Below, piece by piece: positions 48,215 to 58,882 of a stretch of 64,000 nucleotides of DNA. Position numbers and translations under genes: made by a program. The stretch is taken from assembly GCA_963827235.1 (NCBI GenBank), contig CAWHAE010000018.1:416001-480000 (forward strand). Reading direction: 5' to 3'. The notes beneath the pieces were generated by a model. It ran no database searches. It saw nothing but the letters and a program-made list of their open reading frames with translations, and was not told the origin of the DNA. This DNA comes from an uncultured bacterium (lineage in GTDB: Bacteria; Chloroflexota; UBA5177; JANWHV01). Numbering within the stretch: the stretch's first letter is position 1; each line of letters opens with the position of its first letter.

Positions 48215-49388
48215 TCAGTACGCCCAGGCGGTGTGCCGGTAAGCAGCCACACCCTCCCGGCGTAACTGCTCGGCCTGGGCATCCAGAATCTCGCCACGGC
48301 CCGAGCCCGGCGTGTCGACCACCACGGCGATCACCGCGCTGCCGGTCTGCGCCAGTGCGGGCAGCGTATCGGTCCAGCGGGTATCGGCCCACGGCGTGAG
48401 CACGACGATCGTGCCGTACCGCAGACCTCGAGCATGGCGAAGTGTGTGCAATCCCTGCTCCACACTGCCCGTCCCGGCTCCCGCCGTGGCCAGGGCTTCC
48501 AGGACGCGGTGCACCTGCCCGCGCCGCGCGTCGGGCTTGACCACGGTCCCCGTGCCCACGACGAGCAGTCCCGTGGCAATTTGACCGGGCAGATGCATCC
48601 TCGCCAGATAGGCACCGGCGCCCACGATCAGCTCCACACTGTCGCCTTCATCCTGACCGTATTGCACGCCGGCCTGCAAGTCGAGCACCAGCCAGACGTG
48701 GGCCGCGGGCTCGCCCTCGGGCTCTTTGACCATGAGCGTATCCAGGCGCGCCGTGGAGAGCCAGTGGATGCGCGAAGGCAGATCGCCGGACCGGTAGGGC
48801 CGCACTTCGCGCACCGACGCCGCGGGCTGTGGACTGGGCAGGCCGCGCGGGCCGATGGCACGACCGGCATACGACAGAGCGTGCAGTCCGGGCAGAGGCG
48901 ATCGGACGAGGATAAACGGTCACCGTGGACCTGCCCTGGCACGCACGAACGCGTTCGAAGAATCCGAACGGATCGCCGGTGTGCAGCTCGGCCCCGCCCG
49001 CCACCCACCGGCCGCGTTGCGGGCAGGGCATGGCGATCTCAAGACGGCGCTGGCCCCGCATGGGCACGGACACGAGCTGGCCCTCCACGGGCAGGTCCGA
49101 GAGGCCTTGCGGCCGGAGCAGCATCCAGGCAACCGGCCAGAGGCCGCGGTTGCGGATCGTGTAGGTGACCGGCAGCAGCTCTCCCGCGGTGACGCTGCTG
49201 CTCGCCGGTGTGCCTTCTGCACTGATCCCAAGCGCTGTCACCAGTGTGGCGATCAGGCACACCGCCAGCAAGGCGAGAAGCACGACGCCGATTCGTTCCA
49301 GAAGCCGCCAGCCCGACAGGATGCCGCCTGCGAGCACGACTGCGCTGAGCAGAGCCGGCCACGACCATCGGCTACCCAGCGAGATCAT
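48215..49388 (-). pseudogene. DUF58 family protein with a +1 frameshift near 48897 (possibly a sequencing error)
   Basis: RG.W..G, DPFGFF and VYPR in one frame; VREVRPYRSGDLPSRIHWLSTARLDTLMVKE in the next frame; span is 3n+1. Confidence 0.85.
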
Positions 49389-50338
49389 CGCCGCCAGGCC
49401 ACTTCGGCAACGTTGCCCAGCTTTCCCCGCGTGATGTTCTGCTTGTGCGTTCCGTCGTACCGCATGATCCAGAGATCGTGCTGCCTGCCCGCCGGTCCTT
49501 CCGCGCCCGACCCCACGCTCAGCGCGATGCTCTTGCCGTCCGCACTCCAGCTCGGCGATCCTACCTCGTACGGCAGATCCCGCGTCAGATACGTGAGATA
49601 CCGGCCGTCGGCGTGCATCAACACGATGACGTTCGCCGCGGCTTCCTCGCCCGCGGCAGGCACGAGCGTGGCCACCATGTGGCTGCCGTCCGGCGAATAG
49701 CGTGCGTCGATGAAGCTCCCTGCCGCGGGCGCGTCGCCGCCCAGGGGTTGCGCCTGCCCACCGGTCGGGCCGGCGGTCCACAACGCGCCGGCCACCGTGT
49801 ACAGGGCGCGCGTACCGCCGCGATTCCAGTCCAGGAAGATATGCTTGCCGGGCCCGCCGAGCAGGCGACCGACGACCTTGCCGTCTACGCCGACCACATA
49901 GACCGTGTAGCTGCCGCAGCAGCCCGCTGTGACGGCAATCGACCGGCCGTCGGGTGCATACCGAGGATCGATCAGCGTGCCCGCACTGCCCTGCGTGACG
50001 GCGAACAGCTGCCGGGGCTGTGTGCCGTCCGCGTTCATCTGCCAGAGGGAACGGCCGTCGACCACGTAGGCGATGTGCCGCCCGTCCGGAGCGATCGCCG
50101 GGTAGGTCAGCGCGCCCGGCCCGGCCCGCTGCAGTAGTCGCGTGGCCATGCCGGCCGGCGTAGAGCGCCAGAGCGTGCTCTGGCCCGCGGTGGTGAAGCC
50201 GGCGGGCGAGGACGTCACCAGGATCAGGAAATCGGGCGGCGTGGCCGCCCCTACCGTGGAGCGCGAGCCCTCGAGTGCCGCGCACAAGAGCAGGCAGACG
50301 ACAAGGATGCGCAAGAGGGCCGGCAGGCTCGTCCTCAT
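49385..50338 (-). CDS. Secreted PD40/TolB-like beta-propeller protein
   Basis: Signal peptide; repeats PAIAPDGRHIAY, PRYAPDGRSIA, YSPDGSHM, PSWSADGKSIA. Confidence 0.88.
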   Translation of the reverse strand: MRTSLPALLRILVVCLLLCAALEGSRSTVGAATPPDFLILVTSSPAGFTTAGQSTLWRSTPAGMATRLLQRAGPGALTYPAIAPDGRHIAYVVDGRSLWQMNADGTQPRQLFAVTQGSAGTLIDPRYAPDGRSIAVTAGCCGSYTVYVVGVDGKVVGRLLGGPGKHIFLDWNRGGTRALYTVAGALWTAGPTGGQAQPLGGDAPAAGSFIDARYSPDGSHMVATLVPAAGEEAAANVIVLMHADGRYLTYLTRDLPYEVGSPSWSADGKSIALSVGSGAEGPAGRQHDLWIMRYDGTHKQNITRGKLGNVAEVAWRR

Positions 50339-51213
50339 CGCGCACCGTCCGTGCACGTCTCCACCGGAACGGCGTCGGCGCTATCCGGCGAGAGGCGGGG
50401 CCGCTCGGCAAGCGCCAGGATGTGCGTAGCAGCGCCCAGGATATCCGGATCGCCGGCCAGATCGTAGAGGAGGTCGGCCCACGCCTGCCACTCGTCGCCT
50501 TGCAACGCCGCCACGCGATCGTCGAGCCCGTCGAGAATGCTTTCCACCGCCAGCAGCCGCACTGACTGGAACCCGGCGTGGACAAGAAGCGGCGCGATCT
50601 CCGCCGGCCGGGCGTGGTAACCCTGCACCACCTCCTCGTCGCGCGGCGGCCCGGGCAGCACCCCGCGCTCCAGCAAGGATTCGTAGCGAGCGGGAAAGCG
50701 GACCAGCAGCCGCGGATCGCTGCGCGCAAGCTGCCGCAACGGACCGTACCTGGTGAGAAATGAGACCGCCAGCGCCCCGCCCGGAACGAGAACGCGGAAT
50801 GCCTCGCGCAGGGCCTGCTTCCGGTCGCCTTCGTCCGGCAGATGGTGCAGCGGCCCGAGCAGCAGTACGACGTCGAAGACGGCGCAATCGAAGCATGAGA
50901 GATCGGTAGCCGATGCCTCGAGGACTGCCGCCAGACCGACCTTGCGTTCGGCCGCGTGCGCCCGCGCGCGCTCCAGCAGGCGAGGCGAGATGTCCACCAG
51001 GGTCACGGCGTGGCCCGCTGCAGCAAGAGCGACGGCGTACCGGCCCGGACCGCCGCCCAGGTCGAGAACGCGCGCGTGCTCGGGCAGGATTTCGCGCAGG
51101 GCTCGAAGGGTTACGGCGTACTCCACGCGATGGCGTACCAGGCGGTACCATTCACGCTCTGCCTGGCGCTCGTAGTGAGCGCGCACTTGCTCGACCGTCT
51201 GCGACATCGTCAT
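50335..51213 (-). CDS. Class I SAM-dependent methyltransferase
   Basis: VLDLGGGPGRY, VTLVDIS, FDVVLLLGPLHHL, RVLVPGG; this is the C-terminal part of the 50335..52821 ORF. Confidence 0.9.
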   Translation of the reverse strand: MTMSQTVEQVRAHYERQAEREWYRLVRHRVEYAVTLRALREILPEHARVLDLGGGPGRYAVALAAAGHAVTLVDISPRLLERARAHAAERKVGLAAVLEASATDLSCFDCAVFDVVLLLGPLHHLPDEGDRKQALREAFRVLVPGGALAVSFLTRYGPLRQLARSDPRLLVRFPARYESLLERGVLPGPPRDEEVVQGYHARPAEIAPLLVHAGFQSVRLLAVESILDGLDDRVAALQGDEWQAWADLLYDLAGDPDILGAATHILALAERPRLSPDSADAVPVETCTDGAR

Positions 51214-51453
51214 CCCGTGGGGCGACTCTGCCAGCTGCCCGGCAGCCCGGCGCCTGCCCTCGACTGAGACAAGGGTAACAGACATCAGGAAACCGGCCGA
51301 CTGACGGAGAGCACACACAGCGTCAAGAAAGCACACCTGCGCACACTGCACGATCCGATCGGAAAGAAAAGAATGCACATATCGTAGGTGCGTTATGGCA
51401 GACCACCATGTATCATGGCCACGTAAGGTAAGGTGAGGGACCGGTAGTTTCGC

Positions 51454-52875
51454 ATGCGCTTTGACGTCGATCGCACCCTGAAGACACTTCTCGTGATCAT
51501 CATGGCCGCCGTGATCGGCTATGTATGCTGGCAAGTCGTCTTGCGCGTCGTCTACCCGTTGATGCTCTTCCTGATGGGCGCGATCGTCGCCTTCATTCTC
51601 AGCCCGGCCGTGAAGCGTCTGCATCAAGCAGGCATCCCCAAGCCGCTGGCCATTCTCATGGTGTACATCGCCGTGCTGGCTGGCCTGTCGATTGTCGGCT
51701 ACTTCCTGTTCACGCCGCTCATCGATCAAATCAAGACGCTGACCAACAACGTGCCCAAGCAGCTCGACCAGATGCAGCCCCAGGTCAACAAACTGCTCAA
51801 CGCGCTGGACAAATGGCTGCAAAAGGAGAAGCTGGGCAGCCTCGACAAGATAAAGGCGCAAGCGTCCGCCTACGTCACCAGCTTCGGATCGGATGTCGTC
51901 AACAATCTGACCACGCTGGTCCAGGCGTCGTTCAACTTCCTGGTCAACCTCGTGCTCACGCTGGTCATCGCGTTCTATTTGCTCCTCGACGGCGAACAGC
52001 TCAAGGAACGGATATACCAGCTCATCCCTGACAGCCAGCTGAGCCGGGTCGTGTTCGTCGATGCCACGATCAATGAGGTGCTCGGCGGCTACCTGAGGGG
52101 CCAGCTCCTGATGGGCCTGACCATCGGCACCATGGCCGGAGTGGGTACCGCCATCCTGGGCGTGCAGTACCCGGTGCTGATCGGCGTGCTCGCGGCGATC
52201 CTGGAGCTGGTGCCGATGCTTGGCCCCTGGCTGTCTTCCATGCCTGCCGTGGCCATTGCCGCCGTCTCGGGTAATCCGTGGCCCCTCACGCTGTGGGTCG
52301 CTCTCTTCTTCCTTCTGATCCAGCAGCTCGAATCCAACGTGATCGGTCCCCGCATTACCGGACATGCCGTGGGACTGCACCCCCTTGGCGCCCTGATGGC
52401 GTTGCTCGTGGGCATCGAGCTCGACGGTATCATTGGCGCTCTGTTCGCGGTGCCGGTCGCCGGTATGCTCTACGTGATCGCCATGGCGGTGTACTTCAAC
52501 CTCACCGGCCGCCCCCAGCCCATACCGGTGCGCAAGCCGACGAGCTCGCCCTGGCTCGTCGAGCTCGTGCAGAATCTCGGCAGCAACGTGCTGCGCAGGC
52601 AGCCCGACCGCTTGCCGGCTGACGCGCACGCCTCCAGGATCGCGGATTCCCGCCTGCGCAGGTGGGCCCTGGGAGACGTGCCCGACCGCCTCGCGAACGT
52701 GGAACAAGCGCGTGACGCTCTGCTGCGGCCTATCCTCCACCAGCGTCAGATGGCACAGAGCGAGATCGAGACAGAAGACGGCACGCATGCCGGATCCGAG
52801 GCCGGTCTGTCGGCGGCTCACAGCGAAGAGGAGGATTCCGAGCGCCTGCCGCAGGCAAGCGGATCGCCGCGCTAG
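51454..52875 (+). CDS. AI-2E (PerM/UPF0118) family transporter with a soluble C-terminal tail
   Basis: FYLLLDG, GYLRGQ, VPMLGP, QQLESNVIGPRI, LHP, GALFAVP. Confidence 0.93.
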   Translation: MRFDVDRTLKTLLVIIMAAVIGYVCWQVVLRVVYPLMLFLMGAIVAFILSPAVKRLHQAGIPKPLAILMVYIAVLAGLSIVGYFLFTPLIDQIKTLTNNVPKQLDQMQPQVNKLLNALDKWLQKEKLGSLDKIKAQASAYVTSFGSDVVNNLTTLVQASFNFLVNLVLTLVIAFYLLLDGEQLKERIYQLIPDSQLSRVVFVDATINEVLGGYLRGQLLMGLTIGTMAGVGTAILGVQYPVLIGVLAAILELVPMLGPWLSSMPAVAIAAVSGNPWPLTLWVALFFLLIQQLESNVIGPRITGHAVGLHPLGALMALLVGIELDGIIGALFAVPVAGMLYVIAMAVYFNLTGRPQPIPVRKPTSSPWLVELVQNLGSNVLRRQPDRLPADAHASRIADSRLRRWALGDVPDRLANVEQARDALLRPILHQRQMAQSEIETEDGTHAGSEAGLSAAHSEEEDSERLPQASGSPR

Positions 52876-53124
52876 CTATCTTCCGCGCAGTGCGGGGATT
52901 CGCGCCGGCATGCCGTGCGGCAGTTGCTGCGTCTGCCGGTTGGCCGGGACGGTCGCCAAGTGGGTGGGCAGAGTCCGCGGCGACTGCACGCGGTAAAGCC
53001 GTCGTCTCGCTCCACCTGGGCCTGGCCGCCGGACGCAACGTCGAGAGAGCGCGCGCGAACTCTGCCGGTGACGGCCGGTAGTGTCGCCGGACGCAGCAAG
53101 TGGGAAGTGTGGGGGGCATTGGCC

Positions 53125-56100
53125 GTGAATGGGCGCAGACGACAGCCCAACCGGGGGACCCTATCGGCTCCGAGCGATGTGGACGGGCATCACGGCCGGG
53201 CCGGCCGGGCGAAACGACAAGGCGACACGCGGTTCCGCGTCCTGTACCGGCATGCTCCGGTTGGCATGGCACTGGTAAACGCAGCAGGGCGCTTTCTCGT
53301 GGCCAATGGCTGTCTGCAGCGCACTCTGGGCTACGACGAAGCTGAGCTGCGCCGCATGACGATTGCCGAGTGTGTGCACGCGGACGATGTTGAAGCCGGT
53401 CTGTGTCTGCTCCGGGAGGTGCTTACCGGCGCGCGTGACACCCGTGCGCTGGACCTGCGCTGCTTCCGCAAGGATGGCTCTGTCGTTTGGTGCCGGCTTG
53501 GCCTCGCCATGGCCGGCAGCAGTACTGGGACCCGGCGGATCGTCGTGACGCTGTTCGACGTGACCACCTACCGTGGGGCAAGTCACGGCCTGCGCCGCGG
53601 TGAGGAATACTACAGGCGGATCGTGGATACCACCCAGGAGGGAGTCTGGCAGCTCGACGCCGCGGGGCGCACCACGTTTGCAAACGCACGGATGGCCGAG
53701 ATGCTCGGCTACAGCCGGGAGGAGCTGGTGGGGCGGTTTCCCTGGCAGTTCGTGCCGGAAAGCGATCGGCCTGCCGCGTATGCCCGGCAAGCGCTGCGCG
53801 AGAAGGGCCTGCCCGACGCCTCGGAAGTTCGCTACCTGCGCAAGGACGGCAGCACGCTCTGGGCGCAGCTACAGTCATTTCCTCTGCTGGATGACCACGG
53901 CATCCGTACCGGTACCGTCGGCATGCTGGCAGACATCACCAAGCAGCGCACATATGAGGAGGAGCGGGCCAGATTGGCGGCCATCGTCGACTCGGTTCCG
54001 AACGCCATCCTCGGATTGTCCGTGACCGGCCAGATTGAGACCTGGAACGAGGGTGCCTCGCGGCTCTACGGCTACAGCGCGAAGGAGGCCGTGGGCCGGC
54101 ACGTCTCCATGCTGGTGCCGCGAGGCAGGGAGGCCGAGGTCACCGCCATACTCGCCAACGTCCTGGCTGGCCGGACTGTCTCCCAGATGGAGACCGTGCG
54201 ACGTCACAAGGACGGGCGCGAGCTCGACGTGCTGACCACCATCGCCCCGATCCGCGACAGCCACGACGCCGTCGTCGGGATCGCCTCCATCGCGCAGGAC
54301 ATCAGTCACCGCAAGCAGGCTGAAGCGGCGCTGCGTGAGAGCGAGCGACGCTATCGCCTGCTGTTCGAGAACATGACCGCGGCCTTCGCCCTCCATCAAA
54401 TGATCTATGACGATCGGGGACGCCCGGTCGACTACCGCTACCTTGAGGTCAACCCGGCTTTCGAGCGACTGACGGGGGTGCCGTCCTCCCGCCTGCTGGG
54501 AAGGACGGTGCTGGAAGAAATGCCGGGCACCGAGCAGTACTGGATCGACTTCTTCGGCAGCGTAGCGCTGAGCGGCGAGCCGCTCTCCTGCGAGAACTAT
54601 GCGCGGGAGCTGGGCAGGTACTACGACGTGTTCGCGTTTTCGCCGGTGAAAGACCAGTTTGCCGCGGTGTTCACCGACGTCACGGAGCGCAGGCGTGCCG
54701 AGGAAGCCCTGCGCCGGAGCGAGCAGGACTTCCGCCTGCTTGCTGAGAATTCCACGGACATGATCTCGCGCCACGCGCCCGACAGCGCCTACCGTTATGC
54801 CTCGCCGGCCTGCCGGCCCTTGCTCGGTTACGAGCCTGCCGAGCTGGTGGGCCGGCAGCCCTGCTCGTTCGTGCATGCCGACGATCGCGACCTCGTCGAG
54901 CAATCCCGTCTCAAGGTGATCGGACAGCCCGTGACCGACGTCGTCGCCTATCGCTGTCGCCGGAAAGATGGCAGCTACGTCTGGCTGGAGTCTACGAGCC
55001 GTGCCGTTCGCGACGAGCAGACCGGCGCGGTGCTGGAGATTCAGGTCGCCTCCCGCGACATCACCGAGCGAAAGCTGGCCGAGGACGCGCTCCGCGAGGT
55101 GGCCCGCGAACGCGCCGAGCGGGCGAAGGTTGCCGAAGCGCTATCGGAAGCCAGCGCCGTGCTTGCCACCGCGTGGGAGCCCGCCCGCCTGTACGAGGTG
55201 ATCCTGCAGCAGATGGGCCGGGTCCTGGCGTTCGACAGCGCGCACATCCTTGTCTATGAGGATGGCTGGGCTGTAGCTGCCGGGGCGAGCGGATCTCCCA
55301 GTCTCCCGCTGGGAGCGCGGATCGCTCGGCAGGACGGAGCGGAGGGCTTGTTCCCGATGGTCGAGAGCCAGGCTCGGCTCATCGGAGAGACACGAGATGC
55401 GGCCGGTTGGCGGAACATCCCGCCCTGGGTCGGAGAACACGAGTTGCGGAGCACGATCGTCCTGCCGCTGGTGGTGCACGGCGAGACCTATGGTTGCCTG
55501 CACGTGGGAAGCGTCGCACCCGGCGCCTACGCTGCGCAGCACTTCCAGGTCGCACGGGCCTTCGCCGAGCGCATCGGGCAGGCACTGTGGAATGCACGCC
55601 TGTTTCAGCTCGAGCAGGAACGCGCTCTTGCCGCCGAGCACCTGGCAGCGCTGCGTAGCGACTTCGTTGCTACCGTCAGTCACGAGTTGCGCACGCCGCT
55701 CACCGCCGTGCTCGGATACGCGGAAGTACTCGAAGGCCGGTGGTCGCAGTTCGGCGAGGCGGCGCGAAGGCAGACGGTGCAACGCATCGTGCTGGCGGCA
55801 AATCGCCAAAAGCGTCTGATCGACGACTTGCTGCAGGTGAGCACTATCGAGGCCGAGAAGCTCCCGGTGCGGAGCCAGGAAATCCGAGTCGACGATATCG
55901 TCGCACGCGCGAGCGACAGCGTGCACGCCAGCTATGCCAATCAGTCAATCCACGCCGAAGGCCCGCCGGAGCTGGTGGCGGTGGCGGACGCCTCGTACGT
56001 GGAACAGGTGCTGGTCAACTTGCTCGACAATGCTGCCAAGTATTCCGAGGAGGGCAGCATCATCGAGGTGCGCTGGGCACAGGAAGACGCCGTGGCCGCG

Positions 56101-56331
56101 ATCCACGTGCGTGATCATGGCACGGGTATTCCCCCGGCAGGGCAGAATGCGTTGTTCTCGCGGTTCGGGCGCGTGCCGGGCAGCCGCATACGAGCCGGCA
56201 GGGTGGGTACAGGGCTCGGCCTGTACCTCGGCCGCCGGTACGCCGAAGCCATGGGCGGCACGCTCGACCTGGAGTCCACGGGCGGCGACGGCAGCACGTT
56301 CTGCCTGCGATTGCCCCTCCGGCACCCTTAG
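53125..56331 (+). CDS. Cytoplasmic sensor histidine kinase: 5 PAS + GAF + HisKA + HATPase
   Basis: Repeated PAS/PAC units ending DVT/DIT/DIS; VSHELRTPLT; NLLDNAAKYS; DHGTGI; GTGLGL. Start is uncertain (ORF is open from 52915). Confidence 0.92.
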   Translation: MNGRRRQPNRGTLSAPSDVDGHHGRAGRAKRQGDTRFRVLYRHAPVGMALVNAAGRFLVANGCLQRTLGYDEAELRRMTIAECVHADDVEAGLCLLREVLTGARDTRALDLRCFRKDGSVVWCRLGLAMAGSSTGTRRIVVTLFDVTTYRGASHGLRRGEEYYRRIVDTTQEGVWQLDAAGRTTFANARMAEMLGYSREELVGRFPWQFVPESDRPAAYARQALREKGLPDASEVRYLRKDGSTLWAQLQSFPLLDDHGIRTGTVGMLADITKQRTYEEERARLAAIVDSVPNAILGLSVTGQIETWNEGASRLYGYSAKEAVGRHVSMLVPRGREAEVTAILANVLAGRTVSQMETVRRHKDGRELDVLTTIAPIRDSHDAVVGIASIAQDISHRKQAEAALRESERRYRLLFENMTAAFALHQMIYDDRGRPVDYRYLEVNPAFERLTGVPSSRLLGRTVLEEMPGTEQYWIDFFGSVALSGEPLSCENYARELGRYYDVFAFSPVKDQFAAVFTDVTERRRAEEALRRSEQDFRLLAENSTDMISRHAPDSAYRYASPACRPLLGYEPAELVGRQPCSFVHADDRDLVEQSRLKVIGQPVTDVVAYRCRRKDGSYVWLESTSRAVRDEQTGAVLEIQVASRDITERKLAEDALREVARERAERAKVAEALSEASAVLATAWEPARLYEVILQQMGRVLAFDSAHILVYEDGWAVAAGASGSPSLPLGARIARQDGAEGLFPMVESQARLIGETRDAAGWRNIPPWVGEHELRSTIVLPLVVHGETYGCLHVGSVAPGAYAAQHFQVARAFAERIGQALWNARLFQLEQERALAAEHLAALRSDFVATVSHELRTPLTAVLGYAEVLEGRWSQFGEAARRQTVQRIVLAANRQKRLIDDLLQVSTIEAEKLPVRSQEIRVDDIVARASDSVHASYANQSIHAEGPPELVAVADASYVEQVLVNLLDNAAKYSEEGSIIEVRWAQEDAVAAIHVRDHGTGIPPAGQNALFSRFGRVPGSRIRAGRVGTGLGLYLGRRYAEAMGGTLDLESTGGDGSTFCLRLPLRHP

Positions 56332-56374
56332 GCGCGCAGTGCGACGCTCGGGGGCATAGCGGCGAAGGCCGGCT

Positions 56375-58828
56375 TCAGAAGGGAACCACCTCCAGCGAGC
56401 CGCCCGAGCTGACGGTTATGTGGCCGGCACGCGTGATGCTCCGCAGGTCTTGCTCGATCTCGCCCAGAAGCAACATCTGCGCCGGCGGGCTGACGATGCT
56501 CAAACCGGCAATCGGGGCACCCACGCTGAGTGAGCGCTCTGCTTTCCAGCGACGTACGGCATCGACCACCGAGAGTATCGTGCGCCCAAGCTGCTCCGCT
56601 TTCTCGTCTATCGGGTAGGCGCGCGCATCGGGCCAGGGAGAGAGGTGAATCGAGATGGCGCCCTCGTGCCCCGCGAAGCCCTCGAGGTAGATCTCCTCGG
56701 CCACATGCGGTACGAACGGTGCCAGCATCTTGAGCACGGCCAGGAACGCGGCGCGCAAAGTCTGCGCCGCCGCGCAGCTTCCTGTGGCCGGGGCATGCGT
56801 GACGCGGTGCTTCACCAGCTCGAGATAAGTGTCGCAGAAGTCGCTCCAGAAGAAGCCCTCCGCGGCAGCGCGCGCCGTGGAGATCTCGTACTGGTCGAAA
56901 GCACTCGTGGCATGCCCGATGGTGCGCCCCAGCCGTGAGAGCAGCCAGCGGTCCGTCGGGGCAAGAGCTGTCACCGGGGCCACCGGCTCCCCGGCATGCA
57001 GGAGGACGAACCGCGCCGCGTTCCACAGCTTCGTCACCAGCCGGCTGCCTTGGCGGAACGCCTCGCCGGTCTTCATTGCCTGCTCGGCCAGAACTGTGTC
57101 GAACCCCGTGCGCACGCCCGCGGTCCAGTAGCGCACGGCGTCGGCGGAGAACCGTTCGATGGTTGGCAAGGGATCGGCCGCGGTCTGCAGCTTCGACTTG
57201 CTGATCTTCTGTCCCACGGGATTTAGCGCGTGGCCCGAGATCATCACCGCCTGCCACGGGATGCGACCCTCGTGGAACAGGCTGCGCACGATCGTGTAGA
57301 AGTCCCAGGTGCGGATAATGTCGTGGGCGTTGGGGCGAAGGGACATGGGACCCTGCCAGGGCGGCACCGGCTCGTTTCCCTGGCCGTGGCCGGGTTCGCG
57401 GCCGGCATGCTGGGCCAGCGAGAGGCAGATCGCGGGGCTGATCGAGGAGGTTGCCCAGGTATCCATGACGTCGGTCTCAGGAACGAGATCCCGGCCGCCG
57501 CAGACCGGGCAGGGCGTTCCAGGCCGGCACTCGACCGGATCGACCGGCAGCCTCTCCCGGTCCGCGACGATCACGGCGTTGCAGCCGGCGCAGTACCAGA
57601 CTGGGAACGGCACGCCAAACCGGCGTTGTCTGGAGACGTTCCAGTCCCAGCTCAGGTTGGCCACCCAGCTCTCGTAGCGCGCGTGCATGTGCGGCGGATA
57701 CCAGGCGATCTCTCTGCCGGCCGCCAGAAAGCGTTCCTTGTGTTCCAGGATCTTGACGAACCACTGGAAAGCCACCAGATACTCGATGGGCGTGTCGCAG
57801 CGCTCGTGCACGCCCACGGTGTGCACCGTCTCCTGCCGCGCCAAGAGCAATCCGTGGCTCTCCAGGTCCTCGATGACGCGGGCGCGAGCCCGGCGAACGC
57901 GAAGGCCCGCGTAGGGGCCTGCCAGCTCGTTCATCGTTCCGTCGCGGGCCACTGCCGCGCGGAGGGGCAGCTTGTGCTCGTACCACCATCGCACGTCCGT
58001 CACGTCGCCGAAGGTGCAGCACATCACGGCGCCGGTTCCTTTGTCCTGCTGCGCCCTGTAGTCCGCCAGGATAGGCACCCGGTGCCCAAATAGCGGCACG
58101 GTGGCCTCTGCTCCCAAGAGCGCTTGGTATCGCCGGTCGTCGGGATGCACGAACACGGCCACGCACGCCGGCAGCAGCTCCGGACGCGTGGTAGCGATGC
58201 GGATCTCGCGGTCGTCGCCGACGGAAAAGGAGACGGTGACGAACGTGGCCGGCACGTCGTCCTTGTCGTTCACCTCGGCCTGCGCCACGGCCGTGCCGCA
58301 CTCGGCGCACCACAGGGCCGGCGCTTCACGGCGCTCGGTCAGCCCGCGTTCCAGCAGGTCGAGAAAGGCCGCTTGTGCCAGCCGCCTCGATCGCTCGTCG
58401 ATGGTCCTGTAGCGCAACCGCCAATCCATGCTCAGCCCGAGGCGCTTCCAGATCACCTCGAAGCGCTGCTCCACCTCCGCCGAAAGGTCGAGACAGGCGC
58501 TGATGAACGCCGCCCGACCGGCCTCGCGCGCCGTGATTCCCCGTGTGCGTTCCACGAAGCGCTCGGTTGGCAGCCCGTTGTCGTCGAAGCCGAGCGGGTA
58601 GAATACCTCTTCGCCGCGCATGCGATGGTAGCGAGCGGCAATATCCGCCTGCGTGTATGAGTAAACGTGGCCGATGTGAATCTGACCGGACACCGTGGTT
58701 GGCGGCGTGTCTACCGAGAACACCGGCCTTCCGGACGCCGGATTGAACTCAAATACCTGCAGCGCCGCCCAGCGTGCCTGCAGACGCGGCTCAGCTTCTC
58801 TGAAATCGTACCGTTCCTTCAGCTCCAT
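56375..58828 (-). CDS. valS: Valine--tRNA ligase, short type 2 (archaeal-like) form
   Basis: DTPPTTVSGQIHIGH, GFDDNGLPTER, GTGAVMCCTFGD, DWNVSRQR, MDTWATSS, KISKS; Val T-box upstream. Confidence 0.95.
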   Translation of the reverse strand: MELKERYDFREAEPRLQARWAALQVFEFNPASGRPVFSVDTPPTTVSGQIHIGHVYSYTQADIAARYHRMRGEEVFYPLGFDDNGLPTERFVERTRGITAREAGRAAFISACLDLSAEVEQRFEVIWKRLGLSMDWRLRYRTIDERSRRLAQAAFLDLLERGLTERREAPALWCAECGTAVAQAEVNDKDDVPATFVTVSFSVGDDREIRIATTRPELLPACVAVFVHPDDRRYQALLGAEATVPLFGHRVPILADYRAQQDKGTGAVMCCTFGDVTDVRWWYEHKLPLRAAVARDGTMNELAGPYAGLRVRRARARVIEDLESHGLLLARQETVHTVGVHERCDTPIEYLVAFQWFVKILEHKERFLAAGREIAWYPPHMHARYESWVANLSWDWNVSRQRRFGVPFPVWYCAGCNAVIVADRERLPVDPVECRPGTPCPVCGGRDLVPETDVMDTWATSSISPAICLSLAQHAGREPGHGQGNEPVPPWQGPMSLRPNAHDIIRTWDFYTIVRSLFHEGRIPWQAVMISGHALNPVGQKISKSKLQTAADPLPTIERFSADAVRYWTAGVRTGFDTVLAEQAMKTGEAFRQGSRLVTKLWNAARFVLLHAGEPVAPVTALAPTDRWLLSRLGRTIGHATSAFDQYEISTARAAAEGFFWSDFCDTYLELVKHRVTHAPATGSCAAAQTLRAAFLAVLKMLAPFVPHVAEEIYLEGFAGHEGAISIHLSPWPDARAYPIDEKAEQLGRTILSVVDAVRRWKAERSLSVGAPIAGLSIVSPPAQMLLLGEIEQDLRSITRAGHITVSSGGSLEVVPF

Positions 58829-58849
58829 CGCCGCCACACTCCCAATAAG

Positions 58850-58882
58850 CAACAAAAAACCCCGTCACCCTGAGGGACGGGG
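58850..58882 (-). terminator. Intrinsic terminator of the T-box leader
   Basis: CCCCGTC-cctcagggt-GACGGGG followed by TTTTTTGTT. Confidence 0.85.

Noticed and set aside
48648-50729. 693-aa ORF as one protein
   Set aside because: A GC-rich open frame across the methyltransferase and PD40 genes; only 49388 to about 48897 is real (the DUF58 N-terminal half).
51214-52821. N-terminal extension of the 828-aa ORF
   Set aside because: Antisense shadow of the AI-2E gene; the methyltransferase starts near 51213.
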